Of a DNA stretch of 64,000 bases, positions 56,054 to 64,000 are shown piece by piece. This DNA is from an uncultured Gammaproteobacteria bacterium (GTDB lineage Bacteria; Patescibacteriota; Patescibacteriia; Magasanikbacterales; UBA922), in contig CAYFPM010000002.1 in assembly GCA_964345045.1 (NCBI GenBank), forward strand, positions 140,330-204,329, read 5' to 3'. Under the pieces are notes generated by a model that saw only the letters and a program-made list of their open reading frames with translations, searched no databases and was not told where the DNA came from. The position numbers and the translations under genes were made by a program. Each line of letters opens with the position of its first letter. Positions within the stretch are counted from its first letter, which is position 1.

Positions 56054-56300
56054 TTTATCAAATACTACTAACCACTACAAACTAATATTTATCTGTAAAA
56101 TCTAAAAATGAAACTGGGGTCTGGGGTAGCAGCTAAGCGCCCATCTAGAAAAGATAGACTTTACCGATGCCAATGTGAGCGATTCTGCACCCCAGCAGTT
56201 TCCTGCCTACCGGCAGGCAGGTTGGTTACTTTTTGCTGTCAAAAAGTAACACTTAGAAAGCTAACCTTTTATTTATTAAACAAAGCTATTAATCAAAATC

Positions 56301-57716
56301 TTACCTTATATAACTAAGTGGATTTTGCCTACGACCATTTAGTCGTACCTCGTAGTGAATATGAGGACCGGTAGATCTACCGGTAGACCCCATAGAAGCA
56401 ATATTTTGACCTTGGGTCACAACATCTCCGACAGATACATACAATCTAGAAGCATGAGCATACAGGGTCTGCACACCATTGCCATGATCAATAATAATAT
56501 AACAACCATAACCACCGTTCCAACCACATTGTGATTTGATTACCGTACCACCTCTAGAAGCATAAAGCGGCGAACCAAGCGGCCCGGCAATATCCAAACC
56601 AGTATGACGCCAACCATAATACTGAGTAATTCTACGTACATTGGTTGGCCACAAATAACCAGACCCAGCCGGAGCAGTTACCGATGGAGCCGGAGCAGAG
56701 ATCTTGGAAAGAGAAGTACTTCGGCTAGGAGTAGGCGCTACATAAACCGGTCTAGGTTTTTCTCCACCAGGCACCAAAAGCTCTTCACCAACCACAATGT
56801 CCGATCCACCTTCTTGAAGTTTGTTATATTTTACAATATCTTCAGACTCCGCATCGTAGAGTCTGGCAATTTTTGAAACCGTTTCTCCTCTTTTTACAGT
56901 ATGCAAAAGTCCGTTGACCGGTAAAATTTTCAACTCGTCTCCCGGACGAATATAAGAGCGAGTAGACAAATTATTAGCCCACAAAATTGTGGTTACATTT
57001 ATGCCATACTCTTCGGCGATTCTACCTATCACATCACCTGGTTTTACCGTGTGAGTTATTACACTACTGCGATCCGAACTACTTGGTTTGGGCAATTCTG
57101 TTCCCGGCAAAATAGTCGGTTTCGAAACAGCACTACCACCAGCACTTACACTACCCAATTCTTGATCATTATTTACTATAAAAATAGCATCGGTGCCATT
57201 GTAATTTTCGGCCACAACCGAACCTTCGCGCCAACCACGACTATCTCTTTGAGCCAGTTGAGTCAAATCAACTTCTACTTCTTCTATTTCAAAATCCAAA
57301 TCTCCCGGCCCAACCAAATTGTAAAGCAAGGTCCCTCTACCAGCTATGGTTTGAGTTTCTTTGGTGTACAGCTTACTATGAGGAATCATTATTACTACAG
57401 CCACTACAAACAAAGCTGCTTGCAGAGTAGCTCTTTGTCCCAAAAAACCGGTTATCCCATCGTCTACCGATATGTTGGCCTTTCGCAATTGGTTTTTTAG
57501 CCAAAAAGAAAACTTATAAACTCGAAAACCAAGATGTTTGCGGTAAAAAGACATAAAGATACGCCCCAGACTAACTGATTCATAAAAAAACCAAACTACA
57601 GCTCTTTTGGCATAGATAAGCGAGCGCAAAAAGGTAAGAAAAATTTTGTACCAAATATTTTTCATTTTGTAGGTTAAATACTGTGCTAGAGTAGCATCAA
57701 AGCTACCTTTTTTCAA
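56301..57716 (-). CDS. LysM-domain M23 family metallopeptidase
   Basis: TM anchor. Two LysM repeats (HTVKPGDVIGRIAEEYGI, HTVKRGETVSKIARLYD). M23 motifs HTGLDIAGPLGSPLYA and GSTGRSTGPHIHYEV. Start codon ambiguous. Confidence 0.75.
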   Translation of the reverse strand: MKKGSFDATLAQYLTYKMKNIWYKIFLTFLRSLIYAKRAVVWFFYESVSLGRIFMSFYRKHLGFRVYKFSFWLKNQLRKANISVDDGITGFLGQRATLQAALFVVAVVIMIPHSKLYTKETQTIAGRGTLLYNLVGPGDLDFEIEEVEVDLTQLAQRDSRGWREGSVVAENYNGTDAIFIVNNDQELGSVSAGGSAVSKPTILPGTELPKPSSSDRSSVITHTVKPGDVIGRIAEEYGINVTTILWANNLSTRSYIRPGDELKILPVNGLLHTVKRGETVSKIARLYDAESEDIVKYNKLQEGGSDIVVGEELLVPGGEKPRPVYVAPTPSRSTSLSKISAPAPSVTAPAGSGYLWPTNVRRITQYYGWRHTGLDIAGPLGSPLYASRGGTVIKSQCGWNGGYGCYIIIDHGNGVQTLYAHASRLYVSVGDVVTQGQNIASMGSTGRSTGPHIHYEVRLNGRRQNPLSYIR

Positions 57717-57870
57717 GGGTTAATAATGTTTTTTTTGCTTATTTTAGGTCTTTTTTGAATTAATTAATAAACCACACCTTATATAACAAAGATTGACAAA
57801 TAGACAGCTTTCCGCTATGCTAGCCAAATCTTTTATAACTTCTAGCTCTAATAGGCTATTAAAATCCAAA

Positions 57871-59163
57871 TATATGGACTACAAAACCAAAAAACTAGAT
57901 AATTCCGAATTGGAACTAACTATCACAGTTACTCCCGAAGATTACCAAAACAAACTAGAGGCCGCTGCCAAAAAACTATCCGAAAGAGTAGCCATAAAAG
58001 GCTTTCGCAAAGGCAATGTTCCTTTTGAAATTATGAAAAAAGAAGTTGGTGAAATGCCAATTTTGCAAGAAGCCTTGGAAGTAGTTGTTCAAGAAAGCTT
58101 TTTTGATGTAGTAAAAAAAGAAGAATTGGAAACTATTGGTATGCCAAAAATAGAAGTAGAAAAATTGGCTCCGGGCAACGATATTGTTTACAAAGCAATA
58201 GTTGGTTTGATCCCAAATGTAAAACTAGCTGATCCAAGCAAGATCAAAGTAGAAAAAAAAGTAAAAGAAGTAGACGAAAAAAGATTAACCGAAACTTTGG
58301 ACGCTTTGCGTGGGATGCACGCCAAGGAAGTAGTAAAAGAAGGTACTGCCGAAGGCACAGACAAACTAGTAATCGACATGGATATGCTACTAGACAAAGT
58401 TCCTGTTGACGGCGGTCAAGCCAAAGATTATCAAGTTTACCTTAGCGAAGATCATTATGTACCTGGATTTAACGAACATGTAAAAGGTTTGAAAAAAGGC
58501 GATGAAAAAGAATTTTCACTAGACTTTCCACCAGAACATTACCAAAAAATGTTGGCTGGCAAAAAAGTAGATTTTAAAGTAAAAGTAAAAGAAGTTTACG
58601 AAAGACAGCTTCCAGAATTGTCCGATGACATGGCCAAAAAACTTGGTCAAGATAGTGTAGAAAAATTGAAAGAGTTGATAAGAAACAACATGAAAGAAGA
58701 AGCCGAACAAAAGGCTGAACAATCTATGGAAGTAGAAATCCTAGACAAGATGATTGAAAAAACTACTTTTGATCCAATTCCAAACGTAATTGTAGACGCC
58801 GAAAAACAAAAAATGTTTTACGAATTGAAAAGAGATTTGGAAAGAAACGGAGTAAGTATAGAAGACTATCTAAGAGATATTAAGAAAAAAGAAGACGAAC
58901 TGTTTAACGACTTTCAAGTCCAAGCCGAAAAACGCGCCAAAGCTGCATTACTATCTCGCCAAATTGCCAAAGAGCAAAAGATTGAAATAAGCAAAGAAGA
59001 AATTGACGAAGAAATTAAGATGATGGAAGGTGTTTACAAAGATAATCCAGAAGTACTAGAAAACCTAAAACGTGCCGAAGTAAGAGAATCTATTGCCACC
59101 ACCCTGCAAAACAAAAAAGTAATGACTTGGTTAAAAGAGCAAATGATGGGTGAAAAGAAATAA
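57871..59163 (+). CDS. tig: trigger factor
   Basis: N-terminal ribosome-binding motif GFRKGNVP. PPIase-like middle domain. C-terminal helical arm. Start at MDYKTKK. Confidence 0.8.
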   Translation, partial: YMDYKTKKLDNSELELTITVTPEDYQNKLEAAAKKLSERVAIKGFRKGNVPFEIMKKEVGEMPILQEALEVVVQESFFDVVKKEELETIGMPKIEVEKLAPGNDIVYKAIVGLIPNVKLADPSKIKVEKKVKEVDEKRLTETLDALRGMHAKEVVKEGTAEGTDKLVIDMDMLLDKVPVDGGQAKDYQVYLSEDHYVPGFNEHVKGLKKGDEKEFSLDFPPEHYQKMLAGKKVDFKVKVKEVYERQLPELSDDMAKKLGQDSVEKLKELIRNNMKEEAEQKAEQSMEVEILDKMIEKTTFDPIPNVIVDAEKQKMFYELKRDLERNGVSIEDYLRDIKKKEDELFNDFQVQAEKRAKAALLSRQIAKEQKIEISKEEIDEEIKMMEGVYKDNPEVLENLKRAEVRESIATTLQNKKVMTWLKEQMMGEKK

Positions 59164-59182
59164 GAATTAAAGAAAAAAATAA

Positions 59183-59212
59183 AACCGTTCAAATTTATGA
59201 ACGGTTTTATTT
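59183..59212 (+). terminator. intrinsic terminator after tig
   Basis: Hairpin aaaccgttc-aaatttatg-aacggttt followed by TATTTT. Confidence 0.65.
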
Positions 59213-59299
59213 TACCGGCGATTCCCCTAAAATATTTTTTAGGAAAATTGTGAGTGGGTTGGGTTTGGAAAAGACAAGGCCAACAAAAAAATGATTTCA

Positions 59300-59773
59300 T
59301 CATTCTTGCTTCATTGACCCAGAAAAAAACAAGGCGGCACAAGCAAAAATAGTAAGCACGGTCGAGAAAATACAAACCTTTGCCAACGAAGGATGGCTCA
59401 GTGTTCCCTCCCACAAATATTCCAGATTTCCATCTTCGCACATAGGAGGATACCATCGAAGGAAAACTGGCATAGAAAAAGAAAGTAGATGAGAAAAGCA
59501 GCACAAATTCAATACAGATAAAATCTGCACGAACTTCCAGTGCTTTTGGTTATTTAGCAGCCGAATCTTTCGAGAAAAGCAAAACCACAAAGAAAACAAT
59601 ATCACAGCTCCAGTACCAACAAGAGAAGTCAGAGCCACAATAAAGTATCCATGCTGTTTAATTAGGGTATCTACGAAGAGTAGATCAGCCCAAAAAACAG
59701 CACAGAGTGGAAAGATCATTAGAAACAGGTAAAGAGAGAGGGGCAGTTCTTTTTGTTTACCGATATTTTCCAT
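59300..59773 (-). CDS. hypothetical integral membrane protein
   Basis: 4-5 hydrophobic helices. Start chosen at MENIGKQKEL. Confidence 0.35.
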   Translation of the reverse strand: MENIGKQKELPLSLYLFLMIFPLCAVFWADLLFVDTLIKQHGYFIVALTSLVGTGAVILFSLWFCFSRKIRLLNNQKHWKFVQILSVLNLCCFSHLLSFSMPVFLRWYPPMCEDGNLEYLWEGTLSHPSLAKVCIFSTVLTIFACAALFFSGSMKQE

Positions 59774-59904
59774 CAGAAAATCCTTTTTGTTGACGGTTTG
59801 CATAGACACAAACCCACTGAAAAGATCTGTAGATTTTTTACCACAGAGAGCTCCAATCGTCAATAATCCTCCCAAATAACAAAAAGGTGCTATAATAAAA
59901 ACCT

Positions 59905-60687
59905 ATGAAAAAATCAAAAGAATTGGAGGTAGCTATCAAACTGGCGAGACAAGCTAACAACATCTTAAAGAAAAAATTTAGTAGATTGGGTGTAGAAAAT
60001 ATAAAATTCAAAGAGCACAAAAGCATCGTTACTAGTGTAGATATTGAAATAAACAAACTACTGATATCCAAACTACACGAGGCCTTTCCAAATGATCTAA
60101 TTGTTAGCGAAGAAGATCACGATATCCCGGGCAAAAATGGCAAAGCCTGGTACATAGACCCTATAGACGGTACGGCCAACTTTGCTCGCGGCTCCAAACT
60201 TTTTGGGGTTAGTATTGGTATGACCAAGAATGAAGAAGTTGAACTGGGCGTAATCGGTCTGCCTATGCAAAAAGAAATTTACTTTTCTCAAAAAGGTTTG
60301 GGAGTTTTTGAAAAAAACAAAAAAATTATTCCCCAACCACAAAACGGCGCTCGACCGCTATACTTGGTAGGCGCAGCTTCGCCCAGAGCTAGGCAAAAAT
60401 TAAAAGATTTTATAAACAAAAGTGACATGACCACCTACAACGCCCAAATGTATGGCTGCGCCGTAGAGCATTTGACGGCAGTAGCTACCGGCAGAGCCTC
60501 TGCCAGTATAATGATGGATATCCACCCTTGGGATGTAGTGGCTGGTGTGGCTATGGTAAGAGAAGCTGGTGGGATAGTGACAAACTTATGGGGTGAAACT
60601 TGGACCACACAAGACAAAACTATCGTAGCCGCAAACAAAGAAAATTGGGACAAAATAATAGCCGTCACCAAAACAATTACTGATTAG
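59905..60687 (+). CDS. suhB: inositol monophosphatase family protein
   Basis: Motifs WYIDPIDGTANFARG, SEED and WDVVAG. Confidence 0.75.
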   Translation: MKKSKELEVAIKLARQANNILKKKFSRLGVENIKFKEHKSIVTSVDIEINKLLISKLHEAFPNDLIVSEEDHDIPGKNGKAWYIDPIDGTANFARGSKLFGVSIGMTKNEEVELGVIGLPMQKEIYFSQKGLGVFEKNKKIIPQPQNGARPLYLVGAASPRARQKLKDFINKSDMTTYNAQMYGCAVEHLTAVATGRASASIMMDIHPWDVVAGVAMVREAGGIVTNLWGETWTTQDKTIVAANKENWDKIIAVTKTITD

Positions 60688-60688
60688 T

Positions 60689-60910
60689 ATGGTTAAAAAA
60701 ATTTCTGTAAAAGTTGTTCCTAAAGCTTCTAAAAATGAAATAATAAAAATAACTGAAAATAATTATAAAGTAAGGTTGACGGCTGCCCCGATAGATGGTG
60801 AAGCTAATAAAAAATTGATTGAGCTTCTTAGTAAATTTTTTAAAGTTTCCAAAACTTCAATCCAAATAAAAAAAGGCTTAAAAAGCAAGAATAAAATTTT
60901 AGAAATTTAA
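60689..60910 (+). CDS. DUF167 (YggU) family protein
   Basis: ISVKVVPKASKNEI...RLTAAPIDGEANKKLIELLSK. Confidence 0.7.
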   Translation: MVKKISVKVVPKASKNEIIKITENNYKVRLTAAPIDGEANKKLIELLSKFFKVSKTSIQIKKGLKSKNKILEI

Positions 60911-60911
60911 T

Positions 60912-61178
60912 TTATTCCGGATAATCCTCCCCACCTTTACTCCAAGGATTACAACGCAAAATCCTCCAAACAGTTTTTGGCACTCCCAATAATAAACCTT
61001 TTTTCTTTATCACTTCGTAACCATACTGACTACACGTAGGATAAAATTTGCAGTACCCATGCGGGTTATTTTTTTTCGCCCAAAAAGAATGATCTGGTGA
61101 CAATATCTTTTGATACAAAAAAATTAACCAGAGAATTGGATAACGAGGAAGGTGGATTATTTTTTTAAATACAGACAT
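60912..61178 (-). CDS. yidD: membrane protein insertion efficiency factor YidD
   Basis: Motif CKFYPTCSQYGYEVIKKKG. Confidence 0.7.
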   Translation of the reverse strand: MSVFKKIIHLPRYPILWLIFLYQKILSPDHSFWAKKNNPHGYCKFYPTCSQYGYEVIKKKGLLLGVPKTVWRILRCNPWSKGGEDYPE

Positions 61179-61221
61179 AACGTACATAGCACTCTCCCTC
61201 TCCTTTTAGAACTTTTTAGTT

Positions 61222-61240
61222 CCTCCCCTATCAGGGGAGG
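61222..61240. repeat. palindrome CCTCCCCTATCAGGGGAGG (copy 2), flanking the DUF559 gene
   Basis: Hairpin of 7 bp with a 5-nt loop. An inverted-orientation copy lies on the other side of the gene at 61647. Confidence 0.55.
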
Positions 61241-61255
61241 TTAGGAGGGGTCGAG

Positions 61256-61630
61256 TTATAATTTTAACTCCTGGATATTATTGTATATATCTTGCAAAAC
61301 AGCCTTCAGCTCATACATAACTTGTTCATTCCTATAACGTAACACCTTGTATCCTTTTCTCTCAAGATACTTATCACGAATAATATCTTTCTTTCTATAT
61401 TCTTCCTCACCATGAATCCACCCATCAAGCTCTATTACTAAACGAACTTCATGAGAATAAAAATCTACAATATAGTAGTCAATGTTATACTGACGACGAA
61501 ATTTAACTCCGAATTGCTTTGATCGTAAATACTTCCACAATTGCATTTCTGCTTCTGTTGGTTCATATCTAAGCTTCTTTCTTTTTTGTTTTAATGAAGA
61601 TTTGTTTTGGTACCTCCCAATTTTTTCCAT
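61256..61630 (-). CDS. DUF559/Vsr-like endonuclease domain protein
   Basis: YIVDFYSHEVRLVIELDGWIHGEEEYRKKDIIRDKYLERKGYKVLRY is a PD-(D/E)xK Vsr-like signature. Confidence 0.6.
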   Translation of the reverse strand: MEKIGRYQNKSSLKQKRKKLRYEPTEAEMQLWKYLRSKQFGVKFRRQYNIDYYIVDFYSHEVRLVIELDGWIHGEEEYRKKDIIRDKYLERKGYKVLRYRNEQVMYELKAVLQDIYNNIQELKL

Positions 61631-61646
61631 ATTAGACCCCCTCTAA

Positions 61647-61665
61647 CTCCCCCTGATAGGGGGAG
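61647..61665. repeat. palindrome CTCCCCCTGATAGGGGGAG (copy 3, inverted orientation)
   Basis: Reverse-complement variant of the copy at 61222. Together they bracket the DUF559 gene. Confidence 0.55.
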
Positions 61666-61714
61666 AATTAATTCCTTCCATCTCTCTTTAGGAGAGAGAA
61701 CTTTCTAAGAAAAT

Positions 61715-62092
61715 TTATAATAAAACTCTCGCCCTTTTCAAAACATTCACCACACTCTTTTCGATATCTTTATACTCTGCTTCCAAAATCTGTGGCTTGG
61801 CCATAACAGAAACCATAAAACCATTTTTTATCTTGCCGTCTTTTATAAGCAATCTTACCACTTCTCTCATTTGTCTTTTGATCCGATTTCTCTTTACAGC
61901 ACTTTTATGAATTTTTTTGCTAACCACAAATCCAATCAACGTTTTGTCTTTGGAATAATTCCGACGAGGATGTTTGTCTGGATCAACTTGCCATACTTTG
62001 GCTGTTACCACTTTTTCACCCACAAAAAAACCTTCTTTGAAGAGGATATCAAAATCTTTCATGTGTTTTAGGCGGTATTCTTTGGGAAGCAT
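61715..62092 (-). CDS. rnpA: ribonuclease P protein component
   Basis: Motif FVVSKKIHKSAVKRNRIKRQMRE. Immediately downstream of rpmH. Confidence 0.75.
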   Translation of the reverse strand: MLPKEYRLKHMKDFDILFKEGFFVGEKVVTAKVWQVDPDKHPRRNYSKDKTLIGFVVSKKIHKSAVKRNRIKRQMREVVRLLIKDGKIKNGFMVSVMAKPQILEAEYKDIEKSVVNVLKRARVLL

Positions 62093-62194
62093 ACTCAAAA
62101 ATAGACAAGATACAGGAATCAATATACATCAGTATAAAATAAATTTGTATCTTATTCCATATATTTTGTATTTTAAAAACCCCTTAAGGGGTTT

Positions 62195-62371
62195 TTAACG
62201 TGTTTTACGCATTCTTTTGCCACTGCGCTCATCGCTTACAGTTAGCTTTTTGCGGCCTTTTTGGCGACGGCGTTTTAGCACATCGCGACCATCTTTGGAT
62301 TTCATACGGCTACGAAAACCATGAGTCTTGGCGCGTTTGCGTTTTTTTGGTTGATAAGTTCTTTTTGGCAT
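62195..62371 (-). CDS. rpmH: 50S ribosomal protein L34 (58 aa, C-terminally extended)
   Basis: [45 protein letters not shown]... . It is not in the ORF track because it is under 60 aa. A hairpin aaaacccctt/aaggggtttt lies between rpmH and rnpA. Confidence 0.8.
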   Translation of the reverse strand: MPKRTYQPKKRKRAKTHGFRSRMKSKDGRDVLKRRRQKGRKKLTVSDERSGKRMRKTR

Positions 62372-62429
62372 ATTTTTTTATGAAGTCTTGGATTAGGCGT
62401 TCCACTTCCCAACCACTTGCAACGTCACA

Positions 62430-62458
62430 AATATACATTATTTAGCAAAAAAAGTCAA
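62430..62458 (-). promoter_or_regulatory. sigma70-like promoter TTGACT-17-TATATT for rpmH
   Basis: On the minus strand, ccTTGACTttttttgctaaataatgTATATT. Confidence 0.45.
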
Positions 62459-62549
62459 GGCTAAACAGAAAAACCACCTCTCGGTGGATATTTCTGCTCT
62501 ATTTTTGCAAAAAATGGAATTGGCATGTTTGGTAGGTACATGCCGAACC

Positions 62550-63242
62550 TTATGAGACCTGGCACTCGTCGTAGAGGCCATGCCACCAGCTGCCCATGGC
62601 AGATAGGACGGCTTGGGCTCCGCAGACAAAGTCGGCTTGGCACACTCCGTGGCTTTGCAAAAGAGCTTGCTTCAACCCTTCCTGATGCCCGGGCTCCCAG
62701 ACGTTGATGTGCTTATCCAAGAATTTTCGCAGGCCATTAGCCAGTGGTTTGTTATGGAAATCCTCAGAAAGCCTCTCCAAGAGGACCTTTACGACCAACA
62801 GCTCGGGACGAGCCGTAGCCTCCAGAGCATAGGCTGCCCCCAAGGAAAGTGACGAATTAGAACCGTTAATCGCATCTTCGACACTACCAAGAAAGCTACT
62901 TGTAGCCTTCGAGGAAATGGTATGGCGAACGGACAACCCCAAGCCTACCTGGAGTGTCCCTTCCAGCATCTCGTAGTGGGTAATACCCACACTGTCCGAG
63001 CCGAGTTCTTCGCCGATATTGCGGCTGAGCTCTAGCTCTACAGTCTTCAAACCACACCGACGCGCTGCATCCCTAGATCTCGTCAGAAACCGGACAATCT
63101 CCTTGGGAAAAAGAGTGTATTGAGCAACAACATACTCCAGGATCGCACGGTTGGTGTGGCGCGTGGTGAAGGGGTTCCCATCGACCTTTAGCTCAGCAGT
63201 GCTTGCCACGAGTGCGTCGATGGTCTGGATTGAATTTTTCAT
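62550..63242 (-). CDS. hypothetical protein (230 aa), GC-rich, possibly a heme-oxygenase-like or iron-containing redox enzyme fold
   Basis: Higher GC than its neighbours. Helical sequence with a NIGEELG....H.EM segment reminiscent of ExxH metal sites. Weak assignment. Confidence 0.3.
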   Translation of the reverse strand: MKNSIQTIDALVASTAELKVDGNPFTTRHTNRAILEYVVAQYTLFPKEIVRFLTRSRDAARRCGLKTVELELSRNIGEELGSDSVGITHYEMLEGTLQVGLGLSVRHTISSKATSSFLGSVEDAINGSNSSLSLGAAYALEATARPELLVVKVLLERLSEDFHNKPLANGLRKFLDKHINVWEPGHQEGLKQALLQSHGVCQADFVCGAQAVLSAMGSWWHGLYDECQVS

Positions 63243-63380
63243 TAGAAGGATCTCTCTTGTCTACACCAACCAGATGGTTAGCGGCTCAAGCATTCTTTAT
63301 CTTGAACAAGTCATTGTAACTTAATTTTACGTTTTTGTAAATATTAAACTGTATATTTATTGTTATTTATTTAAAATATG

Positions 63381-63409
63381 TTGACATTTAGCTAAAAAAA
63401 TGATATAAT
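63381..63409 (+). promoter_or_regulatory. consensus sigma70 promoter TTGACA-17-TATAAT
   Basis: TTGACA at 63381-63386 and TATAAT at 63404-63409. A second TTGACA at 63415. Confidence 0.6.
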
Positions 63410-63432
63410 TAATATTGACAAAAACATACAAA

Positions 63433-64000
63433 TATGGATATTCACAAACAATTATCACAAATTGGTCTACACAAATCAGAAATTGAGGTTTACCTATACT
63501 TACTCGAAAATGGCATTTCTACCCCACCACAAATAGCCAAAGGCACCAAAATTGCTCGTACCAATTGCTACAATCTACTCCAAAGCCTAAAAGACAAAGG
63601 CCTAATCTTGGAACAAGAGAAAGGCAAAAGAAAAGCTTATATAGCTTCTGACCCAGAGGCAATTCTTCGCTCTATAGAGCAAAAAAAAGAAGCAGTAGAG
63701 AGAATTTTGCCAGATCTTCGCGCTCTCTATACCACCCAAAAAAACAAACCAACTATCAAATTTTACGAAGGTTTTGAGCAAATTAAAGAGATATACTGGC
63801 AAGCCACCCAAACAGAAAAGCTTTTGGCAATTGGGTCTACCAAACTACTAAGCGAAAAAGACCCTATTTTCTTTAAAAAATTTCAAGAAGAATTAAAAAG
63901 AAAAGAAGTTTTCTTGCAAGACATTATTACCAGCCAATCAGAAACTGTTGGTACAGAAGAAACCAAGCAAATTCTAAAAGGTTTTTATGATTTTCAAACT
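63433..64000 (+). CDS. TrmB-family HTH transcriptional regulator (3' end beyond the window)
   Basis: MDIHKQLSQIGLHKSEIEVYLYLLENGISTPPQIAKGTKIARTNCYNLLQSLKDKGLI matches the TrmB winged-helix N-terminus. No stop codon within the window. Confidence 0.6.

Noticed and set aside
56108-56317. 69-aa plus-strand ORF after rpsT
   Set aside because: It lies beyond the rpsT terminator with no promoter or RBS. The region is more likely structured or non-coding.
1-64000. CRISPR arrays, rRNA genes, transposase or IS elements, and prophage structural genes
   Set aside because: No regularly spaced direct repeats with unique spacers, no rRNA-like conserved stretches and no transposase or capsid-like ORFs were seen. 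The repeats present are palindromic intergenic elements instead.

Overview
The window is an AT-rich bacterial segment with a K/E-rich proteome, several leaderless genes and weak Shine-Dalgarno sites, most consistent with a Candidate Phyla Radiation (Patescibacteria-like) genome that uses the standard genetic code. Recognisable housekeeping genes include rpsF-ssb-rpsR, rpsT, rpmH-rnpA, yidD, tig, ychF, recQ, rmuC, galU, xerD, a MutS with a C-terminal HNH domain, a RelE/ParE-RHH pair, four tRNAs (Arg-TCT, His-GTG, Ala-GGC, Arg-CCT) and a complete type IV pilus set (pilB-pilC-pilM-pilN-pilO plus a minor-pilin operon). Three things stand out. (1) A minus-strand block from about 8.5 to 18.3 kb holds 13 paralogous secreted proteins that share a TrbC/VirB2-like two-helix pilin core (loop GG.xWMTxxGNxE) fused to highly variable, often cysteine-rich ectodomains. 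(2) Several short GC-rich, foreign-codon-usage islets sit in the AT-rich background (about 340-680, 23380-25310, 26270-26714, 41000-41700, 42690-42960, 51700-52700, 62550-63250). Each carries its own TTGACA/TATAAT-type promoter and intrinsic terminator. They encode small Cys-rich or Zn-ribbon proteins, two paralog pairs, a DUF62-like gene preceded by a SAM-I-riboswitch-like leader, and two Zn-ribbon paralogs that each follow a roughly 60-nt conserved leader containing a dyad operator. (3) Several families of intergenic palindromic repeats recur: GGCAGGAGGCA-type hairpins, CCTCCCCTATCAGGGGAGG flanking a DUF559 gene, arrays of TTCGTAMW octamers, and three copies of the perfect 16-bp palindrome TGTTCCACGTGGAACA around a Ham1-like gene. 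No CRISPR array or rRNA gene was found.
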